A stretch of 64,000 nt of DNA, from positions 5,272 to 69,271 of the forward strand of contig CALBIL010000039.1 of assembly GCA_937892945.1 (NCBI GenBank), in the 5' to 3' direction. Under the pieces are notes generated by a model, which was given only the letters and a program-made list of their open reading frames with translations, was not told where the DNA came from and did not search any database. The stretch's first letter is position 1. Each line of letters begins with the position of its first letter. The stretch comes from an uncultured euryarchaeote (GTDB lineage: Archaea; Thermoplasmatota; Poseidoniia; Poseidoniales; Poseidoniaceae). Below, in pieces: positions 27,362 to 37,064 of this stretch. A program made the translations under genes and the position numbers.

Positions 27362-28315
27362 ATGCGAGGGAGTCTATACGCACTACTCGCAACCTTCATC
27401 ATGCTCAGTTCAGGTTGTGTTGCGCCGTCTGTTGACACGCTCTCAATGAATCAATCACAAGAACCAGAACCGCCAACTGAACCTTGTAATGGTTTGTTGA
27501 TTCTTTGTTTGCGAACCTATGACGATGTGACATTTCCCGAAACACATAATGCCTTTTCCACCCATGACGACGGGATTTTTTATCCAGCTGCGAATCACCT
27601 AACTGGGTTTGATGCTCAATGGAATGCTGGAATGCGGGCTTTTATGATCGATACCCATTATGAAAACCTCGGTGATGAGCGGGTTGAAACTGTTCGTTTA
27701 TGCCACGGTGATGACGACCGAGGGTTTAGTCCATGCACATACGGTAATGTAGATTCAGTTGACTGGTTAACGAACCTTCACGAGAAAATGGAGGAAAATC
27801 CACGTGATGTAGTCACACTGTTGGTTGAAAATTATGTTCAAGCAGACCATCTCAAGTCCGTGTTTGAACTTTCACAATTATATGATAACATCTTCGTTCA
27901 TGAATCAAATACTCCTTGGCCAACATTACAAGGGCTCATCGACCTCGATACCACATTGGTAGTGTTTTGGGAACAAGGTGGAGACGCTTCGCATCCCTGG
28001 ATTCATGATTTCCTCACGCACAGTTGGACGACAAATTTTGCTGAAGAGAATACTGAAGACATGAATTGTGACCTTTTACGAGGTGATATCGAACAAGAAG
28101 TCTACCATATGAATAACTGGTTAAGAGGTCCAATCGGGTTGTCTGACCCTTCTCGTGGCGATGAGGCAAACGATGTCGATTTTCTCATTCAAAGAGCCCA
28201 AGAGTGTTGGCAACAACATGGGAAACGACCGACCTTTATCGCAGTTGACTGGTGGGAAGACGGAGATGTAGTTGCTGCTGCAAAGGCGATCAATGAATTT
28301 GAGAGTTGGGACTGA
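27362..28315 (+). CDS. Secreted lipoprotein, PLC-like phosphodiesterase (PI-PLC X-domain-like) fold
   Basis: Lipobox MLSSGC. PETHNAFSTHDD...MRAFMIDTHYE resembles the His-containing catalytic strings of PI-PLC X-domain proteins. This is a weak by-eye call. Confidence 0.45.
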   Translation: MRGSLYALLATFIMLSSGCVAPSVDTLSMNQSQEPEPPTEPCNGLLILCLRTYDDVTFPETHNAFSTHDDGIFYPAANHLTGFDAQWNAGMRAFMIDTHYENLGDERVETVRLCHGDDDRGFSPCTYGNVDSVDWLTNLHEKMEENPRDVVTLLVENYVQADHLKSVFELSQLYDNIFVHESNTPWPTLQGLIDLDTTLVVFWEQGGDASHPWIHDFLTHSWTTNFAEENTEDMNCDLLRGDIEQEVYHMNNWLRGPIGLSDPSRGDEANDVDFLIQRAQECWQQHGKRPTFIAVDWWEDGDVVAAAKAINEFESWD

Positions 28316-31300
28316 TTAACTCCAGAAGCGCCGAGTTCGAGCATATTCCATTTCAGCATTGTGTATCATTTCGAGTAAGCCATCAATGTTGTTACGCTGT
28401 ACTTTTCGCAAGACTCTCTGAGCAGTCGCTTCTCCGATACCTCGACCCATTAGGCAGAGAATTGCTTCATATCCACGGGACTGAACGACCGATGCGTTTT
28501 TCATCATTCTCGCCTGGTCTTTTTCATCATCAGATTCAACCCATCCGACTAACATCGATTGCATCCGTTCTGGCGAACAGGCAAGCATCGAACCTTTGCA
28601 TTTTATGCAACTTTTAATGTCAGACATTTCAGGATAACGGGCGACTCTAAATCTCCGAGTGACCTTACATTTCAAACAACAAAGGACTGCCCGTTCATTG
28701 GTTAAACGGCTTCGTAATTGCGTTCGAACTTGTGCACTATCCCAATTTGGTAAAAGCATATCACGACTTGAATGGTTGGATAATCCAATTGGACCTGAAG
28801 CAGTAATTTTCAATTCAATGGTTCCATTTTGAACAGCACGAAGTAAGTCTCGTACACCTAAGACATCCATCCGTTCATGGAATAATTTCGACAGTACCTC
28901 TTCCATGACAACAGTCCCACGGTATTTTCGCAGGAGTGCTTGAAGATTGATTTTCCGAGGGTCTACGCCATGGCGTAAGATTCCAAATGTTTTCGCCACT
29001 TGGGCAAACCTCCAACGCACTTGCCGTGAATTTGGTAACGTGACACTGAGCAATCCCTCAATTGCATCAGGCGGCGTCTCCATCATCCACCCGATTAATT
29101 CTTCAGGCGTTACAGCACCTGTTTGTAGAGCAATTCGAGTTGGTTCAACAACCAGTCGACCCCATTTGCCAGATTTCGTCGTTGCCATCGCCATAAGGAA
29201 ATGGCCTAATGCTTCATTGATTCGAGAACCATGGCAGGAGTTGATGACAATGGCATCTTCTCGTTGCTCAAGGGTCATCAAACGGTCTGTAGGTACATGC
29301 CCAGTTGCTTCAACATGGGCCGTAATTTCTTCAGCCATGAGACCCAACGCCTCATCGTCAAAGGGATGCTCAGGTAAAACAGAATCTCGATCTGCGAAGA
29401 TACCTTCTGTATCGATGGCTTGAAGATTGAGTACAGCATTTGGTTCATTTTCAAACAAGTGAAGGTCATCGGCAATTAATTGTCGTAACCGCCCTATATC
29501 TCTTCCAATGGCTTTTGGGACCGGAGGTAATTCACCCACCCAGCGAGGTGCTTCTGCTTTGTCAGATACCGGTGCGACGAGTAACTCCGATTGTTCAGGG
29601 TCAGCATCAATGATGAGCCATGTTCGTCCAGCCATGACAAATTGACGCCGACTTCCATCGTCATCTTCTCCGCTGTCGTTAAGGGACAATACAAAAGCTT
29701 CATCAACGCTTCCTAAATGACGCCGAGTGACAGCATCTCGAACTCGATATGATTGTTTATCAGGTATCATAGAAAGATGATTACCAACCCATTGACGGGT
29801 TCTCCCAGCTGTTGAAAACCAACCGAGTTTGAATGGAAGAGGTACAGATACAGTACGTTTTTTGAACAGTTCTGGAACTTCTTCATCGGGAATCGAAAAC
29901 AACGGTCGTTCATCCGGAAGAGGTTTCCCTTCATTCAACGCCTCTTCTTGAGCAACAGTGTAGACTGCCTTTGGCCATCTGTACCATGGTACTTCATCTG
30001 GGTCCGGGGTGAACCGGAGGATCCAACTGTCTGCCAATACGCGTAAGATGGATTCAGTATCGCTTCGTGTCCACCCTTCAAACTGAGCAACTTTTGAGAG
30101 AATGTCTGTTGCCTCATCAATGGCGACTGCATTGAATGAATGCGCCATCAACACCAATTGATTTGCAGCCACAGATAACGGACGTTGTCTCCATTCAATC
30201 GATTCGATTTGGCCAAGCATGGCGCGTCGACCTACGACGGCGCTTTCCGCGATATCATCGGTATCCCATGACAGTAAATGCCCTTTCCCAACACCACCTA
30301 AGCGATGGTCTGCACGTCCAACTCGTTGGAGCATACGGTCAACTGAGCGTGGACTTTTCACTTGAATTATTCGTCGGATTTTCCCAACATCGATACCGAG
30401 TTCCAAACTCGAAGTACACACCAAACCAGACAGTTCCCCACTTCGAAGTTTGTCTTCCATTTCTTGACGAGTTTCGGCAGCAAGTGAACCGTGGTGTACG
30501 CCGATCGCCACATCTGGCGCCATCGTTTGTAACCGATTTGCAATTGTTTCAGCATCACTTCGACTGTTTACAAATACCAAACAAGGTGGTTCAGTTCGTA
30601 ACACTTCAATGAGTCTTCGGAAACTGGCATGCGCTCGAGGTTGGATACTCATCTCAAGGCCGCCTATTTCATCCTCTGGCAAGGTTTGAGCACATTCTAC
30701 TGTGAGTTCCGTAGTTCGGTCCCCAGTTGTGAGCAATGCTTTGCCTTTTTTCGGGGAAAGCCATTTTGCAACCTCTTCTGGATTTCCAACAGTCGCCGAA
30801 AGGCCAATTCGTTGAACAGAATGCCCTGAAAGTGCCTCAAGCCGCTCCAAGCCAACAGACAGTTGCCATCCACGTTCACTCGCTGCTAAATCATGAACTT
30901 CATCGATGATCACAGCTTGAACTCGTTTCAAAAGTTCACGTAAATTTTTACCCGTAAACATCAATTGAAACGTTTCTGGTGTAGTGATTAACAAGTCAGG
31001 TGGATTTCGTACTTGTCGTGTACGTTCACTTTGTTTCGTATCCCCATGCCGTAGACCAACTTTCAAACCGACTGCTTCAGCAATTTCTGTGAGTCGGCGG
31101 TCAACGTCTCTGTTTAATGCTCGAAGTGGAGTGATATAGAGGATGGACAACGGTTTCCATTCTTCAACTAAACACCGGTTCAGCATTGGAAGTACAGCAG
31201 AGAGTGTCTTTCCTGAGCCTGTTGGTGCAACAATAATTCGGTCGCCACCTTCACACAACTCGGGCAAGGTTGTGGTTTGAACTGGAGTCGGATTCCATCC

Positions 31301-31357
31301 CTTTGAATGGAGTGCTGCTGCCAATCTTGGCTCAAGGTTGGAAAAGACATCAGACAT
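28316..31357 (-). CDS. lhr: Lhr-family large superfamily-2 DNA helicase
   Basis: VAPTGSGKTL (motif I), DEVH (II), GLSATVGNPEEVAKWL (III), HHGSLAAETR, TSSLELGIDVG, QRVGRADH. C-terminal Cys4 ribbon (CLKCK...CIKCKG). I start at MSDVFSNLEPRL (31357), not the track's 31441, which would overlap the upstream gene. Confidence 0.9.
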   Translation of the reverse strand: MSDVFSNLEPRLAAALHSKGWNPTPVQTTTLPELCEGGDRIIVAPTGSGKTLSAVLPMLNRCLVEEWKPLSILYITPLRALNRDVDRRLTEIAEAVGLKVGLRHGDTKQSERTRQVRNPPDLLITTPETFQLMFTGKNLRELLKRVQAVIIDEVHDLAASERGWQLSVGLERLEALSGHSVQRIGLSATVGNPEEVAKWLSPKKGKALLTTGDRTTELTVECAQTLPEDEIGGLEMSIQPRAHASFRRLIEVLRTEPPCLVFVNSRSDAETIANRLQTMAPDVAIGVHHGSLAAETRQEMEDKLRSGELSGLVCTSSLELGIDVGKIRRIIQVKSPRSVDRMLQRVGRADHRLGGVGKGHLLSWDTDDIAESAVVGRRAMLGQIESIEWRQRPLSVAANQLVLMAHSFNAVAIDEATDILSKVAQFEGWTRSDTESILRVLADSWILRFTPDPDEVPWYRWPKAVYTVAQEEALNEGKPLPDERPLFSIPDEEVPELFKKRTVSVPLPFKLGWFSTAGRTRQWVGNHLSMIPDKQSYRVRDAVTRRHLGSVDEAFVLSLNDSGEDDDGSRRQFVMAGRTWLIIDADPEQSELLVAPVSDKAEAPRWVGELPPVPKAIGRDIGRLRQLIADDLHLFENEPNAVLNLQAIDTEGIFADRDSVLPEHPFDDEALGLMAEEITAHVEATGHVPTDRLMTLEQREDAIVINSCHGSRINEALGHFLMAMATTKSGKWGRLVVEPTRIALQTGAVTPEELIGWMMETPPDAIEGLLSVTLPNSRQVRWRFAQVAKTFGILRHGVDPRKINLQALLRKYRGTVVMEEVLSKLFHERMDVLGVRDLLRAVQNGTIELKITASGPIGLSNHSSRDMLLPNWDSAQVRTQLRSRLTNERAVLCCLKCKVTRRFRVARYPEMSDIKSCIKCKGSMLACSPERMQSMLVGWVESDDEKDQARMMKNASVVQSRGYEAILCLMGRGIGEATAQRVLRKVQRNNIDGLLEMIHNAEMEYARTRRFWS

Positions 31358-31437
31358 ACTCTCCCCACCCCTATGGAGAGGGGGTCCCGTCGGCCTCTTT
31401 TGAGTATTTGCAGTACAGAGGGAATGAAGAAATGACG

Positions 31438-34400
31438 TCAATCGTCATCTTCATAGTCGTCTTCTTCATCGTCCTCGTCTTCTTCATCGTCTTCTTCATC
31501 GTCTTCCCATTCCTCTTCATCAGAGAACACGCCTTCTCCGTGATCAATGGTCGTACGTGCTGCAATGGATGCAACACCGATAAGAACAAGGATTGAAGTA
31601 ATGATAAAGATCCATGCAAGTGGACTTTCCCGTGGAGAATCAAACCATCCGAAGTATTCTCCATAGGCAATATCAATCGAATGTTCTGCACTGTTGTCGT
31701 CATCATTGACTTCGACAATGAGGTTATCGTAATCGACAACAACGCGAACACGGTCAACATCTTCCGCCGACCAAGTCGTGCTCACTTTGACAACCTCATC
31801 CCCATCGATCCCTGCCACAGCGACAGTATCGAATGGCATTTCATCATCACCTGAATAGAATGCAACCTTGAACAATGCAGGTGTTGAACCTCCAATGTTG
31901 ATCACTTCAGCGTTGATGACGATGTTTGAACCAGGTGCGATGTGGTCGTCAGAAAGGGATATTGATTTCACTCGAAGTTCTGGACCAACAGCTCCTAATC
32001 GAATCCATTGGCGTTCAAAGTCTGTGTCGTCAACCGCAAGTTCGGGAATCGGGCTTGCTTCAGAATTCGAGACAACAGGGAATTGATTTCCGGCGGCATC
32101 ATAGCCAGTGACATAGAAACCTACGAAATCTCCAGCTTGTGGCGTGATTCGTCCATTGTCTGTCAAATCTACCGCTCCAGTCCAAATCACGTTCTGGCCT
32201 TCTTGTTGCATGCCTAACAGTGTTGAACCTGCACCAATGGTTACCGTACGGGTAGCATCTCGCATAACCCAATGTACCATTTGACTCGAACCTGTGAGGT
32301 CGGCATCTTCAGTCCCATAGAATTCTACAGGGACATAACTGAGGTCATTATTCGCCGAAATATCGATGACATTGAGTGGAGAGGTTCGTCGAACTACCCG
32401 CGGTGCAGCATCATCGACAACAACTTGTAATGTGGTCGAAACCAATGTTCCTGTCATATCCTCTCCTCTTCCAGGGATATTTGTAATGGATATGAGACAT
32501 GTCCGGGTTGGAGATGATTGCAGGGTTGTGGCAGCGGATAAGGGGACTTCAACAGAGAATTCTCCAGATGAACTGATTGAACCATCGCTCCACATCTTTT
32601 CACCATCGAACACTTCGATAAGAATACCTACATCTCGAGGAGCAGCGACTGTGCTTCCTTCATAGACAACACGGCCAGTAAATGCCAAACGGTCATCCTT
32701 TCTCACTCGACTTCCATCAGCTACAATTCCTGTCCTTGGCTCGGACACATCTTCGACGAAGTATTCTGTCGGCGAAAGCATCAAGTCATTCTCGACTCGG
32801 AAGGTGTGTTCAAGTAACAAAATCTGTGAATCATCCATCGAACCTCTTTCTTTGAACAATAACACTACATCACCCATTTCTTCATCTGGCCAATCCCAGC
32901 CGATGACAAATTCAAACGTAACAATGATCCATGGGAGTCCGGATTCATTTGTCGTTTCTTGCATGGTGCTGGAAGTCATCAAAGTAATAAAATCACTTTC
33001 GGACCAGAACGAATTGTTCATTCCAGAATATGAAATACGCTGTGCATCTCTCATTGGATTTGGTCCTTCGAAATCAAACACCAATGAAATGTGCTCAAAG
33101 TCAATTGCGGTGTTTGCGTCAATAAAACCAAGCGTAATCACTTGCTTCATTCCTGCAAAGACAAGTCCATCATCAACATGGCCAAACCATTCGAGTCCGG
33201 TGAATACCGCAGTCGAATCTTTGCGAGTGCGGAACGTTGAATCATCGTAAAGGAAGCCAGGTCCTGACTGGAACTCAAGAATGGCACCATCTTCATCCAT
33301 GTGGGTATAATGCAATGGATTACCTGCTTGATCTCCTCCAGTCCAATAATAGGATACGCGTCCCATATTCGGGTTTCGTGTATGGTCAATCGTAGTGATA
33401 AACCACTTGTTCTTTGCTTCAGTTGTATTATGGACCATTTTACTCACATATTCTTGTGGGTCTGCCTCTCCGTTGCGGTTAAGGTCATGGTCTGCTTCAA
33501 CCCAGTACATCAATTCAAGAGCCATTGGATGACCAATATCATCGTTGATTAGGACCTTGATTTCTTGAACGGGACTTGCCGCTTCATAGCCATCATCAGC
33601 CGGTACGAAATTATCACGGTGAGGTGGTGTAGCATCAACCATGAAAGTACGTTGCCAGTCGAGATTTGGTTGCATGACATGCGTTGGTTCCTTTTCGTTA
33701 TAGGTTTGAACTTCGTAGGTCAAACCAGATTCAACATCAATGTCTGGAAGGTTCACTGAGATGAAGAAACTACCATTGTTGTTGGTCGTATCTCGTGCAG
33801 TACTTTCAACCCAGCCATTGCGAGATACTCGGACATCGAAAGCGCTGTCTTTTGGAGCATCTTCGGTGTTTTGGAACCACATTGCACCTTGGAAGTGAAG
33901 TGTTTCACCAGCGGCAACCCATGAATGATCAGGAACATCATCCATAATTAATGCACCATCATTGTCGCGAATTTTCATCCATCCAAGTCCAAAAGTGCGG
34001 TTGACTTCCAATCCATTGAGGCTCGTAAGGTCCAATGGTGAATATCCTGCTGAGCCGGTGTTGTCGAGGCATCCTGTTCTGAATCGGACATTACTTTGGT
34101 CTGGGAATTCAGATGTCACATGGAAGATCCAATGAATTTCGAGAATTCCATTATTTTCAGACGACCATGAACTTATGTCCAGCTCGATGTAATCTTCAGG
34201 GTCATTCGGCTCAGGGAATACATCTCCATTCTGCCAATACAATGTCGGATTCTTCGCAATCGAATTGGTTACGAGTGTAAGGGTTGCTTCAGCCATACCA
34301 GTTGCATCTTCACCGATGATATGCCGAGTAACCACTTCGTAAGGCGTCAAGCGTTCATGGAGAACTTCACCTTCTGGTATGTCGATGTCGAGATTGACTG

Positions 34401-36543
34401 TATTCATTGTGTAGGTGACTGCGAAGGATTCGAGAATTAAGATTCCCGAGGATGCAGCGACCAAATCAATAGAAATGTTACTGAAACCAGTACCAGTATC
34501 TGGAATCGCATCGTTAAAACGTTTGAGTAGATTGTTGCTCCCACTCGTCTGATGCGTAATGGTCAACGGGCCGAGCAATGCACCATCTTGTGATGCACGT
34601 GACCAGCCTGATTTTCCATCAATGTTGATTCCTGGTTGAGTTGGAGCATTCGAATGTTGGGCAATGGAAATGTTCGATATGGAGGGTGTTGCACCTGAAT
34701 TGGAAGTTCCAAGTTCAACACGCATGCAGAGATAGTACCCCGTTCCAGTCACTGATTTGGTCTGGTTCGATTGAGTGAACGTCAAAACTCCAGCACTACC
34801 GGGCGTACATGTGCTTGAGGTTGTGTATCCAAAGTAGACACGAATCGAAGTACTCGGAGGCAAGACTTCATCCCATGTGATCGTTGCAGCAACAACATTT
34901 TTTATTCCAGAACCTACATACTGGTAGGTATACATACTCGATGAAGAGACATAGGATGTGATGTATTCAATGCCAACTGCATCAAGGATTGGTGCTTTGT
35001 TCGTGGTTCCATTGAGGCTTGCTCGCCAGACGAACGTTGTACTGGTTTGAGCAAAATTAACTGTTTGCCCAGCAGTCACGTGCCTCCAAGTGGTACCTCC
35101 GTCGTTGGAAATGTCCACATCGATACTGGTTCCAGTAGGGATATATCCAATGATACCGCTGATCTCCAAGGTATCAATTGCTTTCGAAGTGGTGAACGAA
35201 GACCCTATGATTGTTGCACTTGTAGAAGAGTGACTTCGTTCATCATACAATGCTCCGTCTCCAAAGTTGTTGATTTTGTGGCGTGTACTCGTGCTGCAAT
35301 AGGTTGTGCTGTAGTAGTGGCAAGAGAAACTAAATTGCCCAAGTTCCGATTCAACCATTCCATAATGGCCACCTTCTGGCACAGGCACTTCACCCATATG
35401 TTCGATGAAGTTTCCATTCATAGTGAAAAAGTGATGGTATGAGTCGTAGGTATAACCGACTCCACTTACGTATTGCTGGTCATATTCGTTGTAGATAATC
35501 GTCGGCATGTTGACAATCATTCCAGCCCCATAACTGGAGACTGTTGAGCCCGTGGCTAAGGTCCATGTGCCCTGGATTGAGGATGGAGAACTCTTGCTGA
35601 CTTCGTTGAGGTAATGTGCGTTTGCTGAATAGGAATACGTTGCGACATACAGTTTGCCAGTCGCATCATCGATGTCGACTCCAGTGACGTAATTACTGCT
35701 GTACTGCCATGAACTGTCACAACGCCATGATTTGGCAGTACTGCCTGTTGCAGCGTTTGTGACTGTAGTTAGAATGGACCATTTGGTCATGTAATAACTG
35801 CTGTAATGGGCGGTGTAAACCGTACTTCCATCGACGGTGGCATCGACCATATTGTAGTACTGAGATGTACTGCAACCATTGGTATTGAGGGAGGCTGTTC
35901 CAATATAGGCGCCAGTCGTCGAGTTGATCCGAAGAATAGTTGGCGTATTATACAAACTGGAAGATGAATACTTCATGATATGGTATTCGTTATCAACTAA
36001 AACAACTACGCCGATGTAGCCCCATGAGGCGCTTGTACTGACAGTTGATTGGGGGAATTTTTTGGTCAAACCGGTATATCCTTGGTCTGCTAGAGACATG
36101 AACTGGCCTGTAGTGTTTTGATGGGCGCCGACTTTTGATGAAACTTGTGAAGTTCGAGAGAAATCAATTGACTGGATCGTAGGGTTTCCTTTGAGTGACA
36201 TCGTCTGTGAAGCAACATCCACATTTGTACGACTTCCAGATGTGAACGGTGAAGGTGCAGAGCCAGACCAGAGACCGTCACCAGCTCCGCCGAAATGGGA
36301 ATTTGTTGTGAAATTGGAATACGAGGTTGAACTCGCTTCACCCTTCAAATTGAATTGTGCAGCTGTGACTTCTGCCCCGTATGGGATTGTGAGATAACCG
36401 GCTGTACCATTGCCGGTGCCTGCAAACGTGTGGCTGTAGGAGGAAGTACCGTCCGAGAATTGAGTTTCAACCGTGGCACTGGCTGCCATTGGGCTGAAGA
36501 GAGATACTGTGAAGAGAAGAATTAAAAAGAGGGCTTTTTGCAT
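31438..36543 (-). CDS. Giant (~1701 aa) type-I anchored cell-surface protein with CARDB-like module and poly-acidic cytoplasmic tail
   Basis: Signal peptide MQKALFLILLFTVSLFSPMAASA. Ser/Thr/Asn/Tyr-rich ectodomain with many N-x-S/T sequons. CARDB-like module (~31690-31980). Single TM LAWIFIITSILVLIGVASIA. 40-aa tail whose last 27 residues include 25 Asp/Glu. Start set to ATG 36543 (the track starts at GTG 36552). Confidence 0.85.
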   Translation of the reverse strand: MQKALFLILLFTVSLFSPMAASATVETQFSDGTSSYSHTFAGTGNGTAGYLTIPYGAEVTAAQFNLKGEASSTSYSNFTTNSHFGGAGDGLWSGSAPSPFTSGSRTNVDVASQTMSLKGNPTIQSIDFSRTSQVSSKVGAHQNTTGQFMSLADQGYTGLTKKFPQSTVSTSASWGYIGVVVLVDNEYHIMKYSSSSLYNTPTILRINSTTGAYIGTASLNTNGCSTSQYYNMVDATVDGSTVYTAHYSSYYMTKWSILTTVTNAATGSTAKSWRCDSSWQYSSNYVTGVDIDDATGKLYVATYSYSANAHYLNEVSKSSPSSIQGTWTLATGSTVSSYGAGMIVNMPTIIYNEYDQQYVSGVGYTYDSYHHFFTMNGNFIEHMGEVPVPEGGHYGMVESELGQFSFSCHYYSTTYCSTSTRHKINNFGDGALYDERSHSSTSATIIGSSFTTSKAIDTLEISGIIGYIPTGTSIDVDISNDGGTTWRHVTAGQTVNFAQTSTTFVWRASLNGTTNKAPILDAVGIEYITSYVSSSSMYTYQYVGSGIKNVVAATITWDEVLPPSTSIRVYFGYTTSSTCTPGSAGVLTFTQSNQTKSVTGTGYYLCMRVELGTSNSGATPSISNISIAQHSNAPTQPGINIDGKSGWSRASQDGALLGPLTITHQTSGSNNLLKRFNDAIPDTGTGFSNISIDLVAASSGILILESFAVTYTMNTVNLDIDIPEGEVLHERLTPYEVVTRHIIGEDATGMAEATLTLVTNSIAKNPTLYWQNGDVFPEPNDPEDYIELDISSWSSENNGILEIHWIFHVTSEFPDQSNVRFRTGCLDNTGSAGYSPLDLTSLNGLEVNRTFGLGWMKIRDNDGALIMDDVPDHSWVAAGETLHFQGAMWFQNTEDAPKDSAFDVRVSRNGWVESTARDTTNNNGSFFISVNLPDIDVESGLTYEVQTYNEKEPTHVMQPNLDWQRTFMVDATPPHRDNFVPADDGYEAASPVQEIKVLINDDIGHPMALELMYWVEADHDLNRNGEADPQEYVSKMVHNTTEAKNKWFITTIDHTRNPNMGRVSYYWTGGDQAGNPLHYTHMDEDGAILEFQSGPGFLYDDSTFRTRKDSTAVFTGLEWFGHVDDGLVFAGMKQVITLGFIDANTAIDFEHISLVFDFEGPNPMRDAQRISYSGMNNSFWSESDFITLMTSSTMQETTNESGLPWIIVTFEFVIGWDWPDEEMGDVVLLFKERGSMDDSQILLLEHTFRVENDLMLSPTEYFVEDVSEPRTGIVADGSRVRKDDRLAFTGRVVYEGSTVAAPRDVGILIEVFDGEKMWSDGSISSSGEFSVEVPLSAATTLQSSPTRTCLISITNIPGRGEDMTGTLVSTTLQVVVDDAAPRVVRRTSPLNVIDISANNDLSYVPVEFYGTEDADLTGSSQMVHWVMRDATRTVTIGAGSTLLGMQQEGQNVIWTGAVDLTDNGRITPQAGDFVGFYVTGYDAAGNQFPVVSNSEASPIPELAVDDTDFERQWIRLGAVGPELRVKSISLSDDHIAPGSNIVINAEVINIGGSTPALFKVAFYSGDDEMPFDTVAVAGIDGDEVVKVSTTWSAEDVDRVRVVVDYDNLIVEVNDDDNSAEHSIDIAYGEYFGWFDSPRESPLAWIFIITSILVLIGVASIAARTTIDHGEGVFSDEEEWEDDEEDDEEDEDDEEDDYEDDD
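31459..31500 (-). repeat. 12-mer repeat (plus-strand GTCTTCTTCATC x3, two in tandem) encoding the poly-acidic tail of giant protein 1
   Basis: Copies lie at 31459-31470, 31477-31488 and 31489-31500. Confidence 0.85.
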
Positions 36544-36683
36544 AAAAATCACCGGTGTGCCTCAATGGGCCTTTGGCCCACACGAACCAAAGCATTTGAA
36601 CTTCGCCCTATCAGGTCAGTCGGTCAAAGAAGCGATAGGAAAAAGAAGGCCGGCGTATCTGCTCACACTGAGGAGAGGAGTGC

Positions 36684-37064
36684 ATGGGTCTAATTTCAAA
36701 CTGGTGGCAACAACAACATGGACGGCAATTAGGCATCACTGCGACGCTTTCGGGGGGACTGGGAATACTTCTTGGCATCTCTGTGTATCAATTACTGTTC
36801 CTTCAAAACCATGTTTCCTGGGGAGACTTTACGGGGCAATCAATAGGATTAGCAGTTTTTTCATCCATTGCTCTGTTAATTGTGCTCCCGGAATTCCTTT
36901 CATTACGGGGTCATGTGAATACCCTTGAAGAACTTCAATCCATAGAATCAACCTCCGAACTTCGTCGTCGTAAGGAAGAAGGAAACGAAGCGGCAGATGT
37001 CTTAGGTGCTGGCCATGCTATTGCATGGGCGGCATTCCTTGAAAGCAAAGGACTTCGACGGTGA
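36684..37064 (+). CDS. Small two-TM membrane protein, unknown function
   Basis: 126 aa, two hydrophobic helices and a charged helical C-terminus. GGAGAGGAG box upstream. Its stop overlaps the GTG start of the signal peptidase (GTGA). Confidence 0.55.
   Translation: MGLISNWWQQQHGRQLGITATLSGGLGILLGISVYQLLFLQNHVSWGDFTGQSIGLAVFSSIALLIVLPEFLSLRGHVNTLEELQSIESTSELRRRKEEGNEAADVLGAGHAIAWAAFLESKGLRR

Noticed and set aside
28947-30612. Two 158-aa plus-strand ORFs inside lhr
   Set aside because: They are antisense to a helicase with motifs I-VI in order. No independent support exists.
31358-31441. N-terminal extension of lhr in the ORF track (start 31441), overlapping the giant gene stop
   Set aside because: Helicase conservation begins after MSDVFSNLEPRL. 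The extension would overlap the upstream gene and leave no promoter space. Similar trimming was applied to crtI (55642-55749), the GGCT-like gene (21874-21951), the cupredoxin (9475-9528) and the hypothetical gene at 41175.
31270-31760. 108-aa (+) and 129-aa (-) ORFs around the acidic-tail region
   Set aside because: These are low-complexity translations (FIVFF.. / KKTMKKT..) produced by alternative frames of the GTCTTCTTCATC repeat. They are artefacts of the repeat.
36473-36928. 151-aa plus-strand ORF bridging the giant gene 5' end and the small membrane protein
   Set aside because: It overlaps two better-supported genes, and the 36684 ORF has a proper GGAGAGGAG box. The extension has no hydrophobic or motif logic.
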